IMG/VR virus record: IMGVR_UViG_3300020016_000018
Span: 1-43,014 of that record
DNA length: 43,014 nucleotides
DNA from: a virus
Taxonomy: Duplodnaviria; Caudoviricetes
Strand: one strand, 5' to 3'
Shown: one piece after another, positions 1-10,351 of the stretch
Layout of the letters: each line of letters starts with the position of its first letter
Numbering within the stretch: position 1 is the stretch's first letter
Program-made: the position numbers and the translations under genes
The notes under the pieces: generated by a model
What the model was told of the DNA's origin: nothing
What the model saw: only the letters and a program-made list of their open reading frames with translations
Database searches by the model: none

Positions 1-126
1 TAGTCGGGGAGGTCAACGTCTTCCCACTGGTACCGCTCGGGCTGGCGGTTCATCAGGGCCATGATCGCCCCCACGTCTACACCACCACCACCGCCGCCAC
101 CGCCACCGCCGCCACGGCCACGGCCA
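1..126. repeat. Terminal direct repeat (copy 1), most likely a circular-assembly overlap
   Basis: 1-126 is identical to 42884-43009; an ORF reads in frame across the junction. Confidence 0.9.
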
Positions 127-461
127 CCGCCCCCACCGCCACCACCGCCGCCGCCACCGGGAGGAAGACTGGTCGGACCGAAGGTGGGAAGTGCGTTGCT
201 CCCACTGCCGTAGTACCAGGCACCAGTGGTGGTGTCACGTCTGGGTGAACTGGTCCCGAGGCCGACGTTCATCGGCTGGAACACTGAGCCTTCTCGCGAC
301 TGCTCGTATGTCCTACCACCCAGAGCGTTGGCGAGGTAATTGCTGTTTGCCTGCGTCTTGGGCTTGGCGGCAGGGGCCTTCGCCTTCGCCTTCGCCGCTG
401 CCTGCGCCTTGCCGCGTGCCGTCTGGTTGTACCGGCTCTGGTTCTGGCTGTACGTGACCAT
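1..461 (-). CDS. N-terminal part of a ~380-aa putative internal virion protein that wraps the junction (continues 42883 to 42202)
   Basis: ATG at 461 with TAGGAGG RBS overlapping the upstream stop; MVTYSQNQSRY...poly-Gly...VDVGAIMALMNRQ joins in frame with the ORF ending at 42202; absent from the ORF track. Confidence 0.8.
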   Translation of the reverse strand, partial: MVTYSQNQSRYNQTARGKAQAAAKAKAKAPAAKPKTQANSNYLANALGGRTYEQSREGSVFQPMNVGLGTSSPRRDTTTGAWYYGSGSNALPTFGPTSLPPGGGGGGGGGGGGRGRGGGGGGGGGGGVDVGAIMALMNRQPERYQWEDVDLPD

Positions 462-470
462 CTGATCCTC

Positions 471-920
471 CTACAACGATCCCAGCAAGTCTTTCAACTG
501 CTGCAAGTTCTGTGCGGCCATTGCGATCTCGTTGGCCTTGTCGGTCTCGATACCTTGCAGCGCCTGCTGCCGCCACTGGTCCAGGTTGGCCTGGCCCAGA
601 TCGAACTGCTGGTTGGCGAGCGTCTGATCCTGGGCGGCACGGGTGTAGTCACGTTGATAGTCGCCGACGAAGTTGCCCATGCTGCGCTTCATCGCCCCCG
701 AGTTGATGCCACCACCCGACAGCCCCCGCTGACCGAAGTTCGCTTTGTAACCGGGGTACGCCCGACCGTACGCACGCTGCGCGTCGCTGGTCTGGCGCTC
801 GTAGCGCTGCTGACCGAGGAAGCGACCGTAGGCGTTGGTGGCTGAGTCGGTGCCGTACTTGTACTCAACGTCACCTCTCTGCCGTTCGTATCCGCCGTAG
901 TTGGGAGCCGATGCGTCCAT
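471..920 (-). CDS. Putative internal virion protein, 149 aa
   Basis: Q/R/Y-rich helical-looking ORF, tightly packed in the virion operon. Confidence 0.6.
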   Translation of the reverse strand: MDASAPNYGGYERQRGDVEYKYGTDSATNAYGRFLGQQRYERQTSDAQRAYGRAYPGYKANFGQRGLSGGGINSGAMKRSMGNFVGDYQRDYTRAAQDQTLANQQFDLGQANLDQWRQQALQGIETDKANEIAMAAQNLQQLKDLLGSL

Positions 921-921
921 G

Positions 922-1833
922 TCAGGCCCCGCTGTAGATGATGTAGTTGAGGGCGATGTACGGCGGCAGGTTCTTGTCGATCAGCGTGGTGCCGGTGCCC
1001 GCGTTGATGGTGTCGAACGCTGGCTTATCGCTCACCGCGAACGTGTTGGTGTGGTTGTGGTTCAGGTCGCGATCGGCGGCACCTGACGTGCCGGTCACCG
1101 CATGGTTGTGGAGACCACCAGCGACCCCGGTCGCGACCCAGGTGGCAGTACGCGATGTTCCAGCCTGGAGGCTGATGAACCCTCCGCCCGCGCCCGACTC
1201 GTACCAAAGCAATGAGCTGTTACCGAGGTTGTGGCCGTGCTCGCCTCGCATGTCGGTGATGAGACCGCCCGCAGTGTGCAGGTGGTCGATGGAACGATCC
1301 ATCACGCCGACGCTGCCCGTCATTGCGTGACCGTGGGCGGGAACACTGTGCAGGTGTTGAGGGAGTTCCGAGTCCCGTTGGCCACCTTTCACCCCGAGCC
1401 CGAACTTCGCCGCCTCGGTGGCATCAGCACCGACACCGACACGCTTGCGACGATCCGGAACCTGGAAGCTGTCGGCGGGGACGCCCGCTGCGGTGTGGGC
1501 ACGCCCGAGCGCTGTAGCCAACTGCGGCTGAGAGGTGTTCGTGTAGGTGGCCCCATCGCACCACAGCCACTTGGCTGGCAGCACCGTGCCGCCGTACTCG
1601 AAGATGGTCCCGACCGGCACGACCGCATCGACGTATGCCTTGTTCGCCGCCTGGTCAGGTGACGTGGGTGGACCGGGAGGCAAAACGACTGGTGCGGTCG
1701 GAGCGTTCGTGCCGTCTTTCTGCATGACGTTCGTCATGATCCAAGCCAGCAGCTGATCGAAGTTGGTCTGTACCTCGTTGGCGACCGCAGGGGTGTCTTT
1801 GGCGACGTGGAATGGATAGTTGAAGAAAGCCAT
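922..1833 (-). CDS. Tail fibre with tail-collar domain and HxH needle motifs
   Basis: VPVGTIFEYGG...WLWCDG...F.VPD collar motif; repeated HxH; C-terminal NLPPYIALNYII. Confidence 0.8.
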   Translation of the reverse strand: MAFFNYPFHVAKDTPAVANEVQTNFDQLLAWIMTNVMQKDGTNAPTAPVVLPPGPPTSPDQAANKAYVDAVVPVGTIFEYGGTVLPAKWLWCDGATYTNTSQPQLATALGRAHTAAGVPADSFQVPDRRKRVGVGADATEAAKFGLGVKGGQRDSELPQHLHSVPAHGHAMTGSVGVMDRSIDHLHTAGGLITDMRGEHGHNLGNSSLLWYESGAGGGFISLQAGTSRTATWVATGVAGGLHNHAVTGTSGAADRDLNHNHTNTFAVSDKPAFDTINAGTGTTLIDKNLPPYIALNYIIYSGA

Positions 1834-1841
1834 GTGGTCCC

Positions 1842-3551
1842 CTACGTAGTGAAGCGTCGCTGGATGATCTTGAGTGTGATCGCATCAACGCCCCAAGCCT
1901 TGCCGAGCGTGTCGGGCGTGGCGGTGATCCGCAGCTGAACGGACCGGGCGACACCGAGCGGACCACCACGGATGATGCGCGAGCCTCTCGTCTCGCCCTC
2001 CCAGAGCGTGCCGTCATCCCAGTCGAAGCCGTCACCTTCCGGGGCTGCTGCGCCAAGGTCACGCCAGAACGAACGCCCGAACGAATCAAGGCCGAGTGTC
2101 CATGACCGGTACGCCGCACCAGGGTCGTAGTTGCGGTAGGCGTCGACACGCAAGATGATGTCGGACTCCGGGTTGTTGATGATGAACCGGGGACGACGCC
2201 ACGACTTGCGTAGCTCCTCGGTCCCGGCGTCCTTCCAGTTGGTGGTGTAGAACGCTTCGAACGGGGTGGTCTCACCTGTGGCGTGGATGATGTCGGCGGC
2301 AGTGGACGTGAGGCCACCCAGCCGCAGCAGACAGCGTGCCACCGGGTCCCCGGCGTGGACAGCGATCGGGGCTTTGTCACCTGGCAGTTCCACCACGCTA
2401 CGGATGTGACCGACCGCTGGCTGGTGGGCCTCCCACGCACCCTCACCGAGGAGCGGGTCGAAGATGAACGAGGTGGTCGCGTTGGATGACGACCCGGACC
2501 GAGAGTGGCGGGAGTCCATGCTGCGCGCCGGGGCCGGGACCAGCGATGCGAACTCCCACGGCAGCTGACAGAACAGGCGGTTGCTGATCCAGTCGATCCA
2601 GACGTTGTTGATGGTGAACGTCTCCGACATCACCTGGCGGATCGGTTCCGAAATCGACTGCGGCCGGTTGCCACCTGCGATCTCGAAGATGGCACTACGA
2701 CCGGCCGGAGAGTAGTAGTAGCAGGACGACTCCGACGAGGTGACAGAGGTTGGTGAGACCGTCCCCGACTTGTTCGACACCTGCACCAGCTGCCATGACT
2801 CGGTGTCGTAGCCGTACAACCCCCACACCGTGGAGTCCTTGAAGATGAGCAGGTGATCACCGAACGACTTCAACGCCCGGATGCGGGAGCCACCCAGTTC
2901 GATGTCCAGGTAGTCCTGCTTCGCCCAGTTCTCCGGCTCGTCCGGGTGCGACCAGCGAAGACGGTTCGGGTATCGCTGCGTCGCAGCGTCGAACGTCTCG
3001 TTCACGTCGGCGGCGAACAGGTACCCGGCGTGGGCTTCGATCAGCGTGGCTGACGGCACCACACCACCAGGGATGTTCGGTGTCGTGTAGTCGTCGTTCC
3101 ACACACCATCCCCGGCTGCGGTCAACACGGTGGCAGCGGACTCGGTGTGGCCCCAGGATGGGTGACCGGCCCCGGTGGCGATGTACATGGTGTCGCCCCA
3201 GGGAGCGAAGTCAGCCAGGTGCGGGATGGCGAAACAGGTGACGGTGGTGGCTACCAACAGACCGGACGTGTCGGTGCGGTAGACGATGCCGTCGTTGGCG
3301 ACATACACGGCGAAGGACCCGTCGGCGTACTGGTGCAAGGCGGCGTTGCGTGGGTCCCAGGTGATGATCGCCGGGTCGTCTGTCGCCCCCCAGCGCGCCC
3401 AGCCTTCCCGCGTGGCGAACCCAACCCGCTGATCCACATGGACGTTGAGCATCGCCGGGGACTCGTTGTCACCAAGCTGGAACGAGTTGTCCCTGGTGAC
3501 GAGCCCACCGGTGAAGTCACGCAGTGTCAGAGGTTGGAGCCGGGTTGCCAT
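1842..3551 (-). CDS. Podovirus tail nozzle / DNA-stabilisation-like protein
   Basis: 569 aa; DFTGGL N-terminus, RLRWS..DEPENW and LLIFK beta-propeller-like segments; position after the adaptor. Confidence 0.65.
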   Translation of the reverse strand: MATRLQPLTLRDFTGGLVTRDNSFQLGDNESPAMLNVHVDQRVGFATREGWARWGATDDPAIITWDPRNAALHQYADGSFAVYVANDGIVYRTDTSGLLVATTVTCFAIPHLADFAPWGDTMYIATGAGHPSWGHTESAATVLTAAGDGVWNDDYTTPNIPGGVVPSATLIEAHAGYLFAADVNETFDAATQRYPNRLRWSHPDEPENWAKQDYLDIELGGSRIRALKSFGDHLLIFKDSTVWGLYGYDTESWQLVQVSNKSGTVSPTSVTSSESSCYYYSPAGRSAIFEIAGGNRPQSISEPIRQVMSETFTINNVWIDWISNRLFCQLPWEFASLVPAPARSMDSRHSRSGSSSNATTSFIFDPLLGEGAWEAHQPAVGHIRSVVELPGDKAPIAVHAGDPVARCLLRLGGLTSTAADIIHATGETTPFEAFYTTNWKDAGTEELRKSWRRPRFIINNPESDIILRVDAYRNYDPGAAYRSWTLGLDSFGRSFWRDLGAAAPEGDGFDWDDGTLWEGETRGSRIIRGGPLGVARSVQLRITATPDTLGKAWGVDAITLKIIQRRFTT

Positions 3552-3554
3552 GTG

Positions 3555-3812
3555 TCAGGTCATCGACTGCACTTGCGACAGGATCATCCCGTCGGTGATG
3601 ACACCCTCATCGGCACCGGGATCGCCGTCCGGGTTCGCCACCAGGTACGACTCCCAAGCTGCATCCCAGCCGGGGGCTGACGCCCAGGTGCGACGACGTT
3701 CGTACGTCCAGCGGTCCGGTTCGTCCGACTTCACTTCTTGTGCTGCCGCCTGGGCGACACGCGCCTGCATGGCTCCGTTGTTGGCGATGTCGTCCTGGGT
3801 CAGATAGCTCAC
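3555..3812 (-). CDS. Hypothetical tail-region protein, 85 aa
   Basis: GTGA overlap with upstream gene; tight packing. Confidence 0.6.
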   Translation of the reverse strand: MSYLTQDDIANNGAMQARVAQAAAQEVKSDEPDRWTYERRRTWASAPGWDAAWESYLVANPDGDPGADEGVITDGMILSQVQSMT

Positions 3813-4333
3813 GCTGTTCTCCTTGGTTGAATCCAGACGGTGCGTCCGGTGTAGTTGTCGTCGGTGCGACCCGATGTGCCACGGGCTTCACGGTTCACTT
3901 GGCGGGTCACGGTGCGGAGCAGGGCAGCGAGTTCACGGACCATCGGGTCAACGAGTGCGTTCTCGGCGATCACGTTCAGTTCGTTGACGACGGCGACCAG
4001 CTGATCGACCGCTTGGCCGGATTCGGAGACGACCTGTGAACTGTTTCGCTGTGCCTCGTCGGCAGCGAGTTCTTCGTTCGTCCACGGCCGCTCCGTCCAT
4101 TGCTCGGTGGGGACGCCATCAACCAGAACGATCGCCGAATCCCAGGTCGTCGTGTCGGTGTTCGGCGGGCGATCGGTGTAGACGACCGCGAACCATCCGA
4201 GTTCGGCAAGCTCCTCGTCGGACATGGGTCGCAGGTCCCAGTCGCGTTCCCCGTCGTTCCAGACCGGTGGCAGTGGGCCCTGATGATCGATGACGCCATT
4301 GGTGACGTGTGCGTAGATCACGCGATTCCCCAC
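3809..4333 (-). CDS. Hypothetical protein, possibly a fibre assembly chaperone
   Basis: 174 aa directly after the fibre gene; ELAELGWFAV-type N-terminus and helical C-terminus. Confidence 0.5.
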   Translation of the reverse strand: MGNRVIYAHVTNGVIDHQGPLPPVWNDGERDWDLRPMSDEELAELGWFAVVYTDRPPNTDTTTWDSAIVLVDGVPTEQWTERPWTNEELAADEAQRNSSQVVSESGQAVDQLVAVVNELNVIAENALVDPMVRELAALLRTVTRQVNREARGTSGRTDDNYTGRTVWIQPRRTA

Positions 4334-6366
4334 TTTGCTTTGAGGTAGGACTCGATTCGATCGAGTTCGGCGTCAGACAACACTCGGTTGTAGACGACCA
4401 CTTCGCCAATTTGGCCGTACCACGAGTTGGGAGTGTTGTTCCGGCTGAGCAGGAACGAAGGCATTGCGCCAGCCCCCACATCACCGGTAGCGACCGTCAC
4501 CCCGTTATCTCGCAAGCGTGATGTCGTCAGGTTGTATTCCGCTGTCACGACATGGGGGCTGTGCAGAGTTGCTGATCCACCAACAAGGCTGATGCCAGCG
4601 TGCATCTGCCATGCCGTGTACGACCGGAGACCCGGCCCCGCCCCGCCGCCGTTGTAGCAAAGTTGGTGATTACCTGTCGCGTCCGGCTGGCAGGCGAACA
4701 GCATGGTCATCGGTTGCTGGAATGACCCTTCCACGAAGTTCGCCGTCTGCATCCAGATCGGCCGGTTCACCGCGACCGGATCGAACTCCAACACGTTCAA
4801 TCCGTTGAGGGTGCGGACGCCAGTGATCGGGCGATCGGTGTCGGTGGCCTGTGTGAGATTGCGCCCGTTGGTCGACTTGTCGTTCCACTGGGACACCTTG
4901 CCGCCCCCGGCATCAGTGATCGTCGTCGCATCCGCGGCATCCCACCAGGCGAACAAACCGGGAATCTGTGGTGGCACAGGGGCGAGCGGCACCCCGTAGA
5001 ACTTCGCCGCCCAGTTCTCCAGGTTGGCGATCTGCTGGCCGGTCAGCGGGGTGTCGGAGACACCGAGGAAGGCGATCGCGCCGAGGTACCCGCCAGCGGC
5101 ATCGCTGATCCTCATCCCGCCGTGGGGGTGAATGTCCACGGCCACCGGATAGTCGGTCCCGTTGATCCGATACGTCGAAGAGGAGCTGTTGAACAGGGCC
5201 GACACGATGTACGGGACTCCGGGACGACTACCACCCGGAATCGCCTGGATGGACCCACTAGAAGTGCGAGCACTCATCTGAGCGGTTCCGTCGGGGTGCA
5301 GTTGAATGTAGTTCCAGTTGTTCGCTCCCCCACCCGTCCACGGCTTGCTGTACGCCGTTCCTGCGGGGTCGAGCCAGGCCACCATCACGAAATGGTTTGG
5401 CTGGGCTCCATCGACAGGGCCAGCGTTGTACTGGTTGGTGAGGTACTGACCCAACGCAAACTCGACAGCCGGTTTCGTGTTGAGGTTGGCGTAGAACGCA
5501 CGGTAAGTCGGCTGGACTCCCACACCGGACGAGACGGCCTGCTTCCCGGCTACGGCATTGGCCCAACTCGGCATGACAGCACCATCGGCTGGAGGAACCA
5601 GCTTCGGGTCAGATGCCCAGAACGCCGACACCCACGGGATCGACAACGGGTCGAACACCTGCGTCGGGCGCAGCCACTTGTCCCGCAGGTACGCCTCGGC
5701 GCTCGCTAACTCGATCTCCGTCAGCGCCCGATTGACGATGAGCAACTCGCCTATCTGGCCGTGCCATGCCGTCGTGTTCGTGTTGCGACCGATATTCCAC
5801 GTCTGACCGGCCCACCCAGCCGCCCCGGCGTCACCCTGAGCAGTGTGCTTCTGGTTCAGTCGAATCATCGAGTTGGTGCCATTAACGATGGCGACCACGG
5901 TGTCCCCGTTGGCCTGGTCGCCCGCCACACCGGGGGACAGCCCAAGACCAGCGAAGACGCTGTATCCGTAGCTCACTGAAACCAGGTTCAGTCCAGGGCC
6001 GTTGATGATGTAGCGGTTGCGAGTGTCGTATCGGTTCTGCCGAGCAAACGTGACCAACGTGAACGGTTGTGGCAATGTCGTGGCCCCGACCGTGAGCATC
6101 TTTGCGTTGACCGTGGAATCGAAGTCAAGAACATTGATCCCATTCAGCTTGCGCTTGCCGGTCACAGGCATGGCTGCACCTGATGAGGTTCCGTGCCGAA
6201 GGTTGCCCGACTTGTCGTTCCACTGCGACACCGCCCCAGTCGCGTCAGCGGTGATCGTCGCCGGGTCGGCGGCATCCCACCAGGCGTACAGTGCCGCACC
6301 GAGATCGGACGGGCGCCACGTCGTCACCGGGTTGTAGGCGTCAGCAGTGATCCCGTATGCCAGCAT
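4318..6366 (-). CDS. Receptor-binding/fibre protein with three LamG/ConA-like repeats
   Basis: WWDAAD.TTI....VSQWNDKS and GQIGE.(L/V)..NR.L occur in the first and third repeats, with a diverged middle repeat. Confidence 0.7.
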   Translation of the reverse strand: MLAYGITADAYNPVTTWRPSDLGAALYAWWDAADPATITADATGAVSQWNDKSGNLRHGTSSGAAMPVTGKRKLNGINVLDFDSTVNAKMLTVGATTLPQPFTLVTFARQNRYDTRNRYIINGPGLNLVSVSYGYSVFAGLGLSPGVAGDQANGDTVVAIVNGTNSMIRLNQKHTAQGDAGAAGWAGQTWNIGRNTNTTAWHGQIGELLIVNRALTEIELASAEAYLRDKWLRPTQVFDPLSIPWVSAFWASDPKLVPPADGAVMPSWANAVAGKQAVSSGVGVQPTYRAFYANLNTKPAVEFALGQYLTNQYNAGPVDGAQPNHFVMVAWLDPAGTAYSKPWTGGGANNWNYIQLHPDGTAQMSARTSSGSIQAIPGGSRPGVPYIVSALFNSSSSTYRINGTDYPVAVDIHPHGGMRISDAAGGYLGAIAFLGVSDTPLTGQQIANLENWAAKFYGVPLAPVPPQIPGLFAWWDAADATTITDAGGGKVSQWNDKSTNGRNLTQATDTDRPITGVRTLNGLNVLEFDPVAVNRPIWMQTANFVEGSFQQPMTMLFACQPDATGNHQLCYNGGGAGPGLRSYTAWQMHAGISLVGGSATLHSPHVVTAEYNLTTSRLRDNGVTVATGDVGAGAMPSFLLSRNNTPNSWYGQIGEVVVYNRVLSDAELDRIESYLKAKWGIA

Positions 6367-7998
6367 TTAGATGAAGTCCCCGTGCGCCTGCCAGCTGTCG
6401 GTTGCCGTCTTGATCAGCGTCCAGCCAGAACCTGCGCCGATCGTCACCAGTGACCGGGCCCGGACAATCGTCACCCCGGCACCGGCAATCAACGTCATCG
6501 CCGACACCGTGCCGATGCCGTCGATCTCCGTCCCGAGCGGGAAGGCAACGGTGGCGTTGGGCGGCACCGTGTACGTCGGATTGGTCCCGGTGAACTGGAG
6601 ATAGTTCCAGGCTTCGGCAAGTACGGCATTCGTGTTGCCGTTGCTGGCGATCGTCTTCAGGGTGCGAGGAGTGATCACTCCCGGAGGACCAGGCACCGTT
6701 GATGCGGGTCCTGCTGGACCGGTGGGGCCAGCAGGACCAACAGGACCGGTGGGACCAGGCACGGTGGATGCTGCACCCTGTGGGCCAGCGGGCCCTGTAT
6801 CACCCTTCGGACCAGTCGGGCCGACCGGACCAGGAATGTCCGACACACCAGGAATACCTTGGGGGCCAGCGGGTCCAGCTGGACCGGTGGCACCCGTAGC
6901 ACCCTTCGGTCCTGCCGGTCCAGGCACAGTGGACGCAGGACCGACCGGCCCAGCGGGCCCGACCGGACCTGCGGGCCCAGGCACCGTGGAGTCCTTGCCG
7001 GTGGCACCCTTCGGCCCAACAGGACCTGCCGGTCCAGGGATGCCTTGCGGGCCGGGAACAGTGGAGTCAGCACCTGCCGGTCCCCGCTCACCTTTCGGCC
7101 CGGTGGTACCGGTCGGACCTGTCGGGCCTATCGGGCCGGGGACGGTGGAGGCGTCACCTTTCGGTCCGGCTGGGCCCGCGGGACCTACCGGGCCAGCAGG
7201 TCCCGCGACTGTGGAGCCAGCGCCGGTCGGACCGGCAGGACCGGGAGGCCCCGCGGGACCGGCAGGGCCGATCGGACCGACAGGACCTTCGGGGCCTTGC
7301 GGGTTGATCGCACTCGGCTGATAGCCGGGGCCGGGGCCACCACCCAGACCGAGGGTTCTCCGGTTGAAGGTGCCGTACATGACCAGCGGCCTGTTGCCTG
7401 CTGGGTCCATGAGAGACGTGCGGACCATCTCCACGTCTTGCGCCCACCGCTCCATGTAGCGGCCTTCGAGCACGTCGTCTTCCTGCTGGGCGTAGGCGAG
7501 GGCGATGGCGTAGTGGGCGAGGGCGCGGTGCAGCCGTGGGTCGGCATCGACCTGCCCGGTGTCCGGGTTGAAGGTGGTGAGCGGCTTGCGGTAGCCGCGG
7601 ACGATGTAGTCGATGGGGGCTTCGTTGGTGCCCAGCGGCCACAGCCAAATCTTGTTCGCCCAGATCGAGTAGTAAGCGGCGTAGCCACCGTGCGCCGGGG
7701 TGGAGGTGAAGCGACTCTCCGCTTCCTCCTGGTTGATCTGGACGAGCTTGCCTCCGCCGTGGGGACGGGCGATCGACATGATCGCCGGACCGAGCATGTC
7801 GATCGGCATGTCGAGCCAGGTGGTACCGGGCTGCTGTTGCAGCTGCCAGCCCTGTTCGTAGAACGGCCAGCGGTTCTCCGCCGCCATCGTCCGGGTGAAC
7901 GCCTCATCGATGTACGCGGCGATGGTCGCGCCGGGGAGGTCGACGCTGGTGGTGTCGGTCTGTGCCCAGACGTATTGCTGTAGTTCAGTCAGGTTCAT
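6367..7998 (-). CDS. Head-tail adaptor (tail tubular A-like) fused to a collagen triple helix and a C-terminal beta domain
   Basis: N-terminal ~210 aa adaptor-like ([27 protein letters not shown]); long G-X-Y run; FPLGTEI..GAGVTI..LIK..TDSW...GD C-terminus. Confidence 0.7.
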   Translation of the reverse strand: MNLTELQQYVWAQTDTTSVDLPGATIAAYIDEAFTRTMAAENRWPFYEQGWQLQQQPGTTWLDMPIDMLGPAIMSIARPHGGGKLVQINQEEAESRFTSTPAHGGYAAYYSIWANKIWLWPLGTNEAPIDYIVRGYRKPLTTFNPDTGQVDADPRLHRALAHYAIALAYAQQEDDVLEGRYMERWAQDVEMVRTSLMDPAGNRPLVMYGTFNRRTLGLGGGPGPGYQPSAINPQGPEGPVGPIGPAGPAGPPGPAGPTGAGSTVAGPAGPVGPAGPAGPKGDASTVPGPIGPTGPTGTTGPKGERGPAGADSTVPGPQGIPGPAGPVGPKGATGKDSTVPGPAGPVGPAGPVGPASTVPGPAGPKGATGATGPAGPAGPQGIPGVSDIPGPVGPTGPKGDTGPAGPQGAASTVPGPTGPVGPAGPTGPAGPASTVPGPPGVITPRTLKTIASNGNTNAVLAEAWNYLQFTGTNPTYTVPPNATVAFPLGTEIDGIGTVSAMTLIAGAGVTIVRARSLVTIGAGSGWTLIKTATDSWQAHGDFI

Positions 7999-8314
7999 GC
8001 GGCTTGCGCCCTTCCTGGTTCCAGTTCTCGATCAGACCCAGGCTGCGCGAATGGCCGACACAATGACCCGTCTTGGTGGGGAACGCCTTGCACCCGTCGG
8101 TGGCACACAACACCTTCGGCTTGCCGAATCGGTTGGTCCCAGCTTTGCGTGTCGGCTTTTCGTACGGGCGGTAGATGGTGCCGACGGCCTGCGAGACGCC
8201 TTCGTCGGTGCTGTCGGGGCGGAGCGTTTGATCGACCGGTTCGCCGTAGACGGTGTGGACCTGGGCAACGTCTGGCTGGGCGGAGTACGCACTGTTGGGA
8301 CGAAGGTCTGGCAT
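7985..8314 (-). CDS. Hypothetical protein with C/H motif, 109 aa
   Basis: AAAGGA RBS; C-x4-C...HC..H; follows the capsid gene. Confidence 0.6.
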   Translation of the reverse strand: MPDLRPNSAYSAQPDVAQVHTVYGEPVDQTLRPDSTDEGVSQAVGTIYRPYEKPTRKAGTNRFGKPKVLCATDGCKAFPTKTGHCVGHSRSLGLIENWNQEGRKPHEPD

Positions 8315-8334
8315 GGCGTCCTTTCTACTGGAGG

Positions 8335-8368
8335 TGGCCCCCCTGGAGAATGCTTCCCAGGGGGGCCA
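8335..8368 (-). terminator. GC-rich hairpin after the major capsid gene (attenuator or mRNA stabiliser)
   Basis: 12-bp inverted repeat TGGCCCCCCTGG/CCAGGGGGGCCA; no clear U-tract. Confidence 0.55.
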
Positions 8369-8374
8369 GGACGG

Positions 8375-9442
8375 TCAGACCGGTGCGACTTCCGAAACTC
8401 CAGTGATCTTGAACAGACGCCGACGGGCCCGCGTGGTCTGGTTGCCGAAGGTCGTGATGAACGACACTCGTGCGTCCAGGGCGCTGGCCGTTGCCGTGCC
8501 GGAGCCGCCACCTTCGGTGACGGAGCCACCCAGGTTGTCGGTGAACTTCGACTGCTTGAAGTTGCGCTCCGAGTGGATGGTGAGGCCGACGTACTTCGAG
8601 TTGAGCCCGTAGTACGTCGCCGAGTCGGTGTCGAGCGTCCCTTCCACGCCGCCCGAGCAGTCCGGGTCGGAGAAGATGGGGACGTTCTTGTACATCAGGT
8701 TCGAGAACCCGAGGTTCGCCTTCTTCGTGTCCGTGTACCGCACCTGTGGGGTGAGGGTGGACTCGTAGAAGCCGAGGCCGAATGCGTTCGTGAAGATCGC
8801 ATCGACGTGATCGGAGCCGACATCGGAGGCCAGGTTGAACGCTGTACGCAGAAGGGTTTCCAGGCCAGCTGCATCGACGGGACCGCCGACAACTTCCTGG
8901 GACTTCCAGTACGGGTTCGTCGCCGGGTCGATGCCACCCACGGGGAGCGTGTCATCGATGATCGTCGGGAGCCCGAGGAAAATCTTCCCGGTCTCATCGA
9001 CGCCACCGGTCGTACGCGGGACGTACGTGCCGTAGAGCATCTTGTTGATGCGCGTCTTGAGCGTCTCCTCGGCCTGCATGATCTTCGCCTCCAGGAGGTT
9101 GATGATCATTTCCTTGGAGTTGTTCTGCGCTTCCTCCAGGCCGGAGATGATGATGGTCGCCGCCAGCTGCTTCCAGTCGTACTGGGCTGCGGTGACCGTC
9201 GGCACCGGGTTGATGAACACGGGGTCGTACCCGTGGTACGCCTGCGTCTCACCTTCGGAGGTGATGAGCGGCTCCACGATGGAGATGCCACCACTGACCA
9301 GGCGCAGACGACCTTTGCTCATGTAGTAGTCGAGCAGCGGTCGGCTGTTCCAGATGTTGTCGGTGAGGGTCTTGTGATAGTGATGGAACGTGGTCGACAG
9401 GATGTCGTCCCACGTTGCGGGTGAGTGATTGCCAGCAACCAT
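8375..9442 (-). CDS. Major capsid protein
   Basis: 355 aa after portal and scaffold; strong AAGGAG RBS; ILSTT...L.DNI....PLL motif; downstream hairpin. Confidence 0.85.
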   Translation of the reverse strand: MVAGNHSPATWDDILSTTFHHYHKTLTDNIWNSRPLLDYYMSKGRLRLVSGGISIVEPLITSEGETQAYHGYDPVFINPVPTVTAAQYDWKQLAATIIISGLEEAQNNSKEMIINLLEAKIMQAEETLKTRINKMLYGTYVPRTTGGVDETGKIFLGLPTIIDDTLPVGGIDPATNPYWKSQEVVGGPVDAAGLETLLRTAFNLASDVGSDHVDAIFTNAFGLGFYESTLTPQVRYTDTKKANLGFSNLMYKNVPIFSDPDCSGGVEGTLDTDSATYYGLNSKYVGLTIHSERNFKQSKFTDNLGGSVTEGGGSGTATASALDARVSFITTFGNQTTRARRRLFKITGVSEVAPV

Positions 9443-9480
9443 TGTGCGAGGTCTCCTTGTTAAGGACGGACCCCGTTTGG

Positions 9481-10344
9481 CTACGCCTCTAGCTGATCGA
9501 AGGCTGCGAGCACAGCGTCACGGGGTGACATGTGGACGTTCGCAGGCGGCACAGTGGTGACGTTGGTAGCCCCGCTACCCGATGCCACCACGCCCGCCGA
9601 TGCAGCCGCAGCCGCACGCCGTCTGGCGTCGTCTGCTTGCTGTGCCGCCACTGCCTCTTGCTGTGCCCCGTTCTGGGCTTGTAGCCGTTGGAATGCCTGG
9701 GATTGGTAGATCATCGGAAACGCCTCCGGCCCGACCCCCAACTGGAGGGCCTGCTGGACGACGCTTCGGACATCTTCATCACTGATCTGGTACGCCTGCT
9801 TGAGACCTTGGACCTGGGCTCGCAGGTAGTCATCGGCATCACGCTGATCGATCCGTTCCTGGAGCGCGATGCGCTCCGCTCGCTCCTGGGCGATCGCCTT
9901 TTCCAGGGGGTCGGCGTACTCGTCTTCGACTTCGGCCACAGCTGCGGCTTGCTGTCGAGGTGACATGCCGAGGAACTCCTCGACGGATACGCCTGCCTGG
10001 CGGGCGAGAACTTGGACGGTCAGACCCGGATCGGCTTGGAACGCTTGCTGCAACCGGAGTGCCTCTTGGGCCTGCTCTCGGAGTACTGCCGCTTCCTGCG
10101 TCTTGCGGGTGTAGTCGGATTGCCGTTGATATCCCTGCAACGCCTCGTTCAGCGGAACATCGATTTCCTGTCCATCCTGTTTCACCTTGACGTACTTGGA
10201 CGCCAGGGTGTCATCGATGTCGAGGTATTCGCGTACCGGCTCCGGGGGCGGTGCTTGGTCTTCGGTCGTGGTGTCCGCTGCCTGTCCGTCTACGACGGGG
10301 CTCGCATCTACCTGTTCTTCATTGAGTCCTTCAAGGTTGCTCAT
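9481..10344 (-). CDS. Capsid scaffolding protein
   Basis: Acidic/coiled; VK.DGQE..V.L.E...GYQRQSDYTRKTQE motif; lies between portal and capsid. Confidence 0.8.
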   Translation of the reverse strand: MSNLEGLNEEQVDASPVVDGQAADTTTEDQAPPPEPVREYLDIDDTLASKYVKVKQDGQEIDVPLNEALQGYQRQSDYTRKTQEAAVLREQAQEALRLQQAFQADPGLTVQVLARQAGVSVEEFLGMSPRQQAAAVAEVEDEYADPLEKAIAQERAERIALQERIDQRDADDYLRAQVQGLKQAYQISDEDVRSVVQQALQLGVGPEAFPMIYQSQAFQRLQAQNGAQQEAVAAQQADDARRRAAAAASAGVVASGSGATNVTTVPPANVHMSPRDAVLAAFDQLEA

Positions 10345-10351
10345 GCATTCG

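Noticed and set aside
6859-9424. Long plus-strand ORFs (6859-7983, 7895-9424) and similar antisense ORFs (15982-17043, 17493-18539, 27051-28409, 38488-39654)
   Set aside because: Shadow frames of well-supported genes in high-GC DNA, with no RBS or motifs
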